Below are positions 26,063 to 32,000 of a stretch of 32,000 nucleotides of DNA, piece after piece. The notes beneath the pieces were generated by a model that ran no database searches, was not told the DNA's origin, and worked only from the letters and a program-made list of their open reading frames with translations. Position numbers and translations under genes: made by a program. Positions within the stretch are counted from its first letter, which is position 1. Each line of letters opens with the position of its first letter. Origin of the DNA: Nostoc sp. PCC 7120 = FACHB-418 (lineage in GTDB: Bacteria > Cyanobacteriota > Cyanobacteriia > Cyanobacteriales > Nostocaceae); the NCBI RefSeq assembly GCF_000009705.1, contig NC_003272.1, positions 3,120,001 to 3,152,000 of the forward strand. The letters are read 5' to 3'.

Positions 26063-27406
26063 TTATACAAGGTTGTAATGTTCCATGTGAATATTAGTGA
26101 TTGGCACTTCCAAATTATGTAAATATATCTCCACTTGATCCATCATTTTTGGCGCAGCACAGATAAAGTAATTTCGAGTTGCCGGACGTTTAGGAATGTA
26201 GCGTTCTAATAGTTGCTGATCAACGTATCCACTTTCCCCTGACCAATCCTCCGGAGGTTCTTTGAGAACGTGAATCACTGTTAGATCTAATTTATCTGTT
26301 AAGGCTTCAATTTCCTCTCTGTAAGTTATGTCTTCCCAATTTTTGCTGGCATAAATTAACAGTAGCGGACGCTCATCTTTACGTTCTGCTAAGGTAAAAA
26401 GCATACTAATAATTGGTGTAATACCTATCCCCCCAGCAATAAAGACAAATCCAGCAGTATTCTCATAGCGGTCTGTGGTGAAAACTCCATAGGGGCCATC
26501 TAGAAAAGCTTTAGTCCCTGGTTTGACATCTTTGATGGTTTTGGTAAAATCGCCTAAAGCTTTAATACCAAATTCCAGGCGATCGGAATGTTCTGCACTA
26601 CAAGCAATAGAAAATGGATGTTCCCGCATTCTAAAGGGGGAAATTTCTAGAGTTAACCAAGCAAATTGGCCTGGTTGAAAATATATTCCTTGGTGTCCTC
26701 TAGGACGTAAAACCAAATTCCAAACATTACCTCGTTGGGGAATTACAGCTTCCACCAAGTAAGGTTTTTTCAGCATAAAATAAGGTTTAACTAAGCGAAT
26801 ATAAATTAACAACCATAACGCAGCTATTGCAATACCAGTCCAAATCACTGCTTTCCAAAACAGACTTAAATAATTCAGCACACCCAAGACGTGTCCTAAA
26901 CCAAAGCTAACGATAATAACTGCCAAAATACCATGAGCTATACGCCAATTTTCATAGCCAATATTCAGTTGTTTGCGCCAGATAGAAGTAACAATAATTG
27001 CTATTAGTGCCAAAGTTGCAATAACTGCTGCCCTAGCTCGCCAAGGCGCTTGGAAAAAATTTAATAATTGTAGTGTCTCAGGATTATTAATGAACAAAAT
27101 TATCGGATGAGCCAGGAGAAATAAGAATGCAACTATCGAGGTGTAGCGATGAAATTGAAGAATGAGGTCAACACCATAAGAGGCTTCTATGCGATTAATG
27201 CGCGCAGTGAGAGCAAATTGCATTGCCATCATTGCTAAACCAATGAAACCCAAAGCCGCAGAAAATTCCAATAAAAAACTGCGTTCATTACTGGGTGTTG
27301 GTGGGTATAAAAGTAGTATAAATAGCGGGAAGAGAATAATGACAATATACGCAGCTATCCAAGATGCCCCTATTACCACGGGATTTTTCATCAATAAGCT
27401 TCTCAT
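26063..27406 (-). CDS. Ferric-reductase/NOX-family flavocytochrome (6-TM bis-heme domain + FAD + NAD(P)H domains)
   Basis: His pairs in TM helices (FHRYTSIVAFLFLLAHP and AHGILAVIIVSFGLGH), FAD motif HPFSI, nucleotide motif GGIGITP, C-terminal CAAP. Confidence 0.85.
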   Translation of the reverse strand: MRSLLMKNPVVIGASWIAAYIVIILFPLFILLLYPPTPSNERSFLLEFSAALGFIGLAMMAMQFALTARINRIEASYGVDLILQFHRYTSIVAFLFLLAHPIILFINNPETLQLLNFFQAPWRARAAVIATLALIAIIVTSIWRKQLNIGYENWRIAHGILAVIIVSFGLGHVLGVLNYLSLFWKAVIWTGIAIAALWLLIYIRLVKPYFMLKKPYLVEAVIPQRGNVWNLVLRPRGHQGIYFQPGQFAWLTLEISPFRMREHPFSIACSAEHSDRLEFGIKALGDFTKTIKDVKPGTKAFLDGPYGVFTTDRYENTAGFVFIAGGIGITPIISMLFTLAERKDERPLLLIYASKNWEDITYREEIEALTDKLDLTVIHVLKEPPEDWSGESGYVDQQLLERYIPKRPATRNYFICAAPKMMDQVEIYLHNLEVPITNIHMEHYNLV

Positions 27407-27582
27407 GGCGCGTAACTCCTAGCCTAGTTAAACAATACGGCTTGCGTTAGACTTCGTGTAGTGTCTCCTTCAGAAAGGAGATTTACTTGGATATTTCTAG
27501 TAATTGACCTGGAAAATGTCAAAAACTGCGACTGTAATTAACACTTTGCCAAAGTTTCCTATCGGTATATTTTCAAATAAAT

Positions 27583-27897
27583 GTGAAGAGAAAGTGACAA
27601 ATTATTATATTGTTAATACTTTATACTTATTAAGGATAGTTTAGGCTAGAACTTATAACATCCTCAGTTTCACACACTTCAAAAATTAAAGTAAAATATT
27701 AACTCATTTCTTTTTATAAAATTGAGTAAATCTTATCCTTGAAAAATAAGCTATAAATTTGGTTTATTGCCTATCCAAGGGCAAATAGTATACATTTAGA
27801 CTTATTTTTGTCTGATTCACCATATTAGTTTTAATTCTAATTACATATATCTTATGGACAAAACTAAATTGTTAAATATTTATCACTTTCTCTTCAC
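27583..27897. repeat. Long-range inverted repeat pair (MITE-like or structural)
   Basis: GTGAAGAGAAAGTGA at 27583..27597 and its perfect reverse complement TCACTTTCTCTTCAC at 27883..27897. Imperfect matching extends about 10 bp inward. The ~285-bp interior is AT-rich. Confidence 0.5.
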
Positions 27898-27945
27898 TTT
27901 TGTTGCCAACAATGGAATTAAAAGCATCAAAAGTAATGAAAAGCC

Positions 27946-28605
27946 ATGAATACCAATTTTATCAACCGCACTTCTACCTTATTAACTGTTGCTAGTGTAG
28001 TTATTATTTCTAGTGTTTTACCAGCTTATGCAGAGAATGAAAATTTTACTGCTGATGAAGCCAACGTGATAAATCAGCCAGAACAAATAAATGCAAATCC
28101 TAATACTTCTACAACTTCTTTAACAACTGAGACAATACAACAACAAACTCCCTCAGCTATTGAATCGCAAACGGTAGCTCAAACTTTTGAACCTGGTAGA
28201 GCTACCCGTTCTGGCGCTAGTTATATTGGTGTTGGCGGTAATATTGGTATTACTGGTAATACAAGGGTCGGTGAAGGCTCATTTTCTGTGATTAGCAAAA
28301 TTGGACTGACACGAAATATATCTGCACGTCCTGCTGCTTTAGTTGGTGATAATACAGTTTTTCTTCTACCACTGACTGTAGATTTTCCACAAGAAAATCT
28401 GGAAATTACTCAATTAAGTGTAGCGCCTTACATTGGTGGTGGCGTAGCAATTTCTACAGGTAGAGATAGCACTGTCGGGGCATTAATTACTGCTGGTGTA
28501 GATGTGCCTTTATCTCAACAGATAACAGCAACGGGTGGGGTAAATGTTAGTTTTATTGATGAAACTGATGTAGGTTTATCAATAGGTGTTGGTTACAATT
28601 TCTAA
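27946..28605 (+). CDS. Secreted small beta-barrel outer-membrane-like protein
   Basis: Signal peptide (..SSVLPAYA/EN), a low-complexity T/Q/N linker, and a Gly-rich region of about 130 aa with alternating hydrophobic residues, ending in GVGYNF (terminal Phe). Confidence 0.5.
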   Translation: MNTNFINRTSTLLTVASVVIISSVLPAYAENENFTADEANVINQPEQINANPNTSTTSLTTETIQQQTPSAIESQTVAQTFEPGRATRSGASYIGVGGNIGITGNTRVGEGSFSVISKIGLTRNISARPAALVGDNTVFLLPLTVDFPQENLEITQLSVAPYIGGGVAISTGRDSTVGALITAGVDVPLSQQITATGGVNVSFIDETDVGLSIGVGYNF

Positions 28606-28686
28606 TTTTTCAAACTCTCTAAAAGAGGGCAGAATTATACGAAGCTTAGGGAAAACATAGTTAGTGGTATTAGACCTGAATCCTTA

Positions 28687-31600
28687 CTATTCTGCTAGCA
28701 ATTGTTGTACTTGGATGGGTGTCATTTGTTCAACTTGATCTATTAGTGCTGCTAAGGCTTCTGTATCATCAGTAATAGGCGATTGATTTTCAATGATAAT
28801 TTTGGCTATCCCCCCAATTGTGGGTGACTCAAATAAAAATTGTCGCATGGGTAATTCTACTTGAAATTCTTCCCGTAGCTGTGAAACTGCTTGAATTGCT
28901 AACAGGGAATGTCCTCCTAACTCAAAGAAGTTATCATTAACCCCAATAGGAGCGATTCCCAATAAACTCTCCATTACTTGGGTGACTCTGGCTTCAATTT
29001 CATTGCTGGGGGGAAGGTAGGTAGCGGTAATTTGGGGGCGGGCGTGATTAGTTGTAGATTGTTCTAGTGGCTGGGATTGTTGGCGAGATGCTAAGTCTAC
29101 GGGGGAAACGGTGATTTGTGCTGCTATGGGTTGCGCCAGAATACGTTCTGTGACTTGCCAAACTTCCTGGGAAGTCATGGCTAAATCTATGAGAGTTGCA
29201 CCTGTGGAAGTGGTGATTTCTGCTAAACTGACGGCATCCCAGTTGATACTAATCCAATGTGTGTTACTGTTTTGAGTGCGTTGATGAGCGATCGCATCCA
29301 TAAAGCAGTTCGCCCCCGCATACGCCGCAAAGCCTATACCACCAACGACAGCCGAGAGGGATGATTGCAAGAGGAAGAAGTCTAGGGGTTGATTTTTGAG
29401 TGCTGTTTCTAACGCCAGCAAACCGTGAATTTTGGTGTGGAATTGTTTTTCACACTCTGGGATGGTGAGATTGCGAATTAGACAACTAGCGCGATCGCCC
29501 ATTACGCCAGCATGAATCACACCGTTGATTTTACCAAATCGCGTGAGGGCTTGAGCGATCGCATCCTCAACTTGGCTAATCTCTGCTAAGTCAACAGTGG
29601 TAAATAAAAATTCACACCCTTGAGCCTGTAAACCTTGCAGTTGTTGAATACAATGACTCACAGCGTCTTGACGACCGTGGGTAGCCAGCCAATTATCCCA
29701 TTCTTTTGGTTGTGGTAAATCTGAGCGTCCCAGAAACACTAATTTAGCATTGACTGTTGCTGCGAGGAACTTGGCATAAATTAACCCTAAACCTTCCACT
29801 AAATCCCCAGCAATCACATATACACCCCCTGTAATTAGGGGTAATTGGGTGGGTTCGGGGAGAGAAATTGGTTGAAATTCTTGTATCCAGCGAGTTTTCC
29901 CCCGATAAGCAACACTCATTCTTAACCCTCCCTTTTCCAAGGGGAGGGTGTCCGATAGGACGGGTGGGATGTTGATTTCCCTAACTAATTGCTGGAAGTT
30001 AATGTCAGAAATGGACACATCAATATGTTGACAAGTCAAATTCGGGTATTCTTGGGGAATTACCTTCACTAAACCCAGAATCGTAGCATCATCAGGGTTA
30101 AGATTTTCATTTCCCAGAACATTCTGTACTTGCTGAGTCAGTACATAAATTGACAGGGATGAGGAAGATAAAGCCTGAGTGAGCCAAAGTAAACTGTAAA
30201 AACCCAGATTTTGCTGTTGTTGAAAATTTGTGCGCTCTTGGAGAGTCCAGGAATGTATAATTACATCAGGTAACTTATCATCTGTTTGTAATTGTAACCA
30301 CAGTGTTTTGTAGTCTTCAGGGTTATGAGGTGCGATCGCATAATTATCACCTTCTTGAGTAAATCCCTCTCCCGGTTTGACAGTTACTACTTCCTGTCCC
30401 GTTTCCTGAAGATGTTGTACTAATCTTTCCCCAGCATTCCCAGCATGACAAAATACTAAATATCGCTGTTTATTTAACGGTGCAGCAGAACGCAACAGGG
30501 GTTTTTGTCTCCAAGAGGGCAAATAAAACCAATTTGAGATTTGTTCCTGCTTCTGGAGCGTTTTAGAGGTATTAGAAGTAGTTTCTGGTAATGTATCCCT
30601 TTCTACCCAATAGCGTTGACGTTCAAAGGGGTAAGTTGGGAGGGGTAATCTTCGGCGTTGCTGTTGGGTATAAAGTTCTGACCAGTTGATAGTCACACCC
30701 CTGAGCCAAAGTTGTCCCAAGGTTTTGCAAATCAAAGCTACATCAGATTGGGTGTCTTGGGGATGTCGTCCAGATGATAAGGTGGGGGGTGCATCGGGAA
30801 ACTGTCTGACGAAGGTACTTAAAGTTTGACCAAAACCAACCTCTACAAAAATCTGATTGGGTGTTTGTTGGAGTTCGGTAATTCCTTCAGCAAATAACAC
30901 TGGTTGACGTAAATGGGTAGCCCAGTAATTAGGGTTTGTGGCTTGTTCTGGAGTTATCCAAGTTCCCGTAACGTTGGAAATGAAGGGAATTTGTGGCGGA
31001 TGGAGGGAGATATTTTGTAATATTTGCGTTAAGGGAGTAACAGCAGTTTCCATCAAGGGTGAATGGAAAGCATGGGAAGTATGTAAACGTCGATGAGTAA
31101 TATTTTGATGTGTGAGCAGTTTTTCTAGTAGAGTAATTGCGGCTTCTGTTCCCGATACGACGCATAACTCAGGTGCGTTATGGACAGCGATGACTAAATC
31201 ATCAGTCAAAAACGGTTGCAATTTCTCAGGCGCAAGGGAAACCGAAAGCATGACTCCCGATGGACATTGTTGCATCAATTTTCCGCGCTGTGCCACTATT
31301 GCCAAAGCATCAGCTAAGGTGAAAACACCCGCCAAAGTTGCAGCCACATATTCCCCAATGCTGTGACCAATCATAGCCTGTGGCTGAATACCATAGGATA
31401 ACCAGAGTTTCGCTAGGGCGTACTCTACGGCGAATAGAGCAGGTTGGGCGTAGGTGGTTTGGGTTAGTAATTCGTAATTCGTAATTCGTAATTCGTAATT
31501 GAGATTGGGGACTGGGGATTGGGGACTGGGTGAATTTTCGTTGTCCTGTTTAAATAGGATGGAAGGTAAATCACAGCCTAGATGTGGTTGTAATAATTCG

Positions 31601-32000
31601 CTGCAATGGTCAATTTCTTTGCGGAAAACTGGTTCGGTGTTGTAGAGTTCTTGTCCCATGTTGAGGTATTGGCTACCCTGTCCAGGGAACATAAAAACTA
31701 TGCTGGGTTCGGTGTTTTCTGGGGAATAACTCAACAGTTGGGAAGCATCAACTCCTGTGAGGATTTCAATTGCTTGGGCAGGGGTTTGACAAACTAAGCA
31801 ACGACGATGGTTAAATGCTCGTCTACCAATTTGGAGAGTGTAAGCTACATCTGCAAGGTTTAATTCTGGATGCTTTTGTAAATGTGTAGCAAGGTTGATT
31901 GTTGCTTGCTCAAGTGCTTTCTCACTTTTAGCTGATAAACATAATAGATGATAATTAATTTTGAATTTTGAATTTTGAATTTTGAATTGTGTTGGTGCTT
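28687..32000 (-). CDS. Type I polyketide synthase, C-terminal part (KS-AT linker, AT, KR, carrier protein, docking tail); 5' end beyond the window
   Basis: The track M at 31734 is an internal TTG. I translated 31735..31998 in the same frame with no stop (APTQFKIQNSKFKINYHLLCLSAKSEKALEQATINLATHLQKHPELNLADVAYTLQIGRRAFNHRRCLVCQTPAQAIEILTGVDASQLL). AT motifs: GQGSQ, GHSIGE (Ser codon 31360..31362) and HAFH. Post-AT linker: LPTYPFERQRYW. KR motifs: GVIHAG, KIHG, SSLSAVVGGIGFAAYAGAN. Carrier motif: FFELGGHSL (Ser codon 28906..28908). Confidence 0.9.
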   Translation of the reverse strand, partial: APTQFKIQNSKFKINYHLLCLSAKSEKALEQATINLATHLQKHPELNLADVAYTLQIGRRAFNHRRCLVCQTPAQAIEILTGVDASQLLSYSPENTEPSIVFMFPGQGSQYLNMGQELYNTEPVFRKEIDHCSELLQPHLGCDLPSILFKQDNENSPSPQSPVPNLNYELRITNYELLTQTTYAQPALFAVEYALAKLWLSYGIQPQAMIGHSIGEYVAATLAGVFTLADALAIVAQRGKLMQQCPSGVMLSVSLAPEKLQPFLTDDLVIAVHNAPELCVVSGTEAAITLLEKLLTHQNITHRRLHTSHAFHSPLMETAVTPLTQILQNISLHPPQIPFISNVTGTWITPEQATNPNYWATHLRQPVLFAEGITELQQTPNQIFVEVGFGQTLSTFVRQFPDAPPTLSSGRHPQDTQSDVALICKTLGQLWLRGVTINWSELYTQQQRRRLPLPTYPFERQRYWVERDTLPETTSNTSKTLQKQEQISNWFYLPSWRQKPLLRSAAPLNKQRYLVFCHAGNAGERLVQHLQETGQEVVTVKPGEGFTQEGDNYAIAPHNPEDYKTLWLQLQTDDKLPDVIIHSWTLQERTNFQQQQNLGFYSLLWLTQALSSSSLSIYVLTQQVQNVLGNENLNPDDATILGLVKVIPQEYPNLTCQHIDVSISDINFQQLVREINIPPVLSDTLPLEKGGLRMSVAYRGKTRWIQEFQPISLPEPTQLPLITGGVYVIAGDLVEGLGLIYAKFLAATVNAKLVFLGRSDLPQPKEWDNWLATHGRQDAVSHCIQQLQGLQAQGCEFLFTTVDLAEISQVEDAIAQALTRFGKINGVIHAGVMGDRASCLIRNLTIPECEKQFHTKIHGLLALETALKNQPLDFFLLQSSLSAVVGGIGFAAYAGANCFMDAIAHQRTQNSNTHWISINWDAVSLAEITTSTGATLIDLAMTSQEVWQVTERILAQPIAAQITVSPVDLASRQQSQPLEQSTTNHARPQITATYLPPSNEIEARVTQVMESLLGIAPIGVNDNFFELGGHSLLAIQAVSQLREEFQVELPMRQFLFESPTIGGIAKIIIENQSPITDDTEALAALIDQVEQMTPIQVQQLLAE
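31467..31531. repeat. Two adjacent STRR heptamer arrays inside the AT-domain coding sequence
   Basis: GTAATTC x4 plus a partial copy (31467..31500), then ATTGGGG/ACTGGGG x4 (31504..31531). On the coding strand they are translated as ..NSPSPQSPVPNLNYELRITNYELL... Confidence 0.85.
31957..31991. repeat. STRR heptamer array (AATTTTG x4 plus one degenerate copy) inside the KS-AT linker coding sequence
   Basis: Read directly. On the coding strand it is translated as QFKIQNSKFKIN. Confidence 0.85.

Noticed and set aside
24027-31797. ORFs 24027..24263(+), 27189..27422(+), 30929..31165(-), 31112..31366(+), 31606..31797(+), and also 21339..21608(-), which lies outside this span.
   Set aside because: They are shadow ORFs inside the topoisomerase, ferric-reductase, PKS and thioredoxin-fold genes.
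1-32000. Search by eye for tRNA, rRNA, tmRNA, RNase P RNA and riboswitch signatures.
   Set aside because: I found no T-loop (GGTTCGAATCC-like) in a plausible cloverleaf context and no conserved ncRNA core motifs. This cannot be excluded without covariance-model scans.

Overview
This is an AT-rich cyanobacterial segment that looks Nostocales-like. HIP1 octamers GCGATCGC are frequent (e.g. 1592..1599, 2246..2253) and there are many STRR-type heptamer arrays. The window is dominated by an iron/siderophore island with these parts:
- Two AraC regulator / TonB-dependent receptor / FhuD-like binding-protein modules in inverted orientation. The copy at 15458..20452 (+) is intact and the copy at 3727..9694 (-) is degraded.
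- Two exporter-fold ABC half-transporters (9695..13405).
- A NOX/FRE-type ferric reductase (26063..27406).
- The 3' part of a type I PKS gene that runs off the right edge (28687..>32000: KS-AT linker, AT, KR, carrier, docking tail).

The minus-strand module carries lesions I could verify by hand:
- A 233-bp MITE splits the receptor, and clean excision restores the ORF.
- The AraC gene is 5'-truncated and butts onto the ABC stop codon.
- An A8 homopolymer frameshift sits at the start of one ABC gene.
- A stop-riddled relic of an ABC 3' end lies at 2958..3098.

Other content: an HTH regulator + CPBP protease operon behind a Fur-box-like hexamer array, a half-size EamA transporter, two Rpn-family nuclease genes, rpmB, a type IA topoisomerase and a thioredoxin-fold protein. 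I saw no rRNA, tRNA or CRISPR array.

The best candidates for something new are:
- a binding-protein + exporter-fold ABC + Apd1-type [2Fe-2S] ferredoxin combination with no FhuBC permease in the window;
- a 21-bp-phased direct repeat conserved upstream of both receptors;
- heptamer repeats carried in frame inside the PKS.

All functional calls are motif-level inference. No database search was possible.
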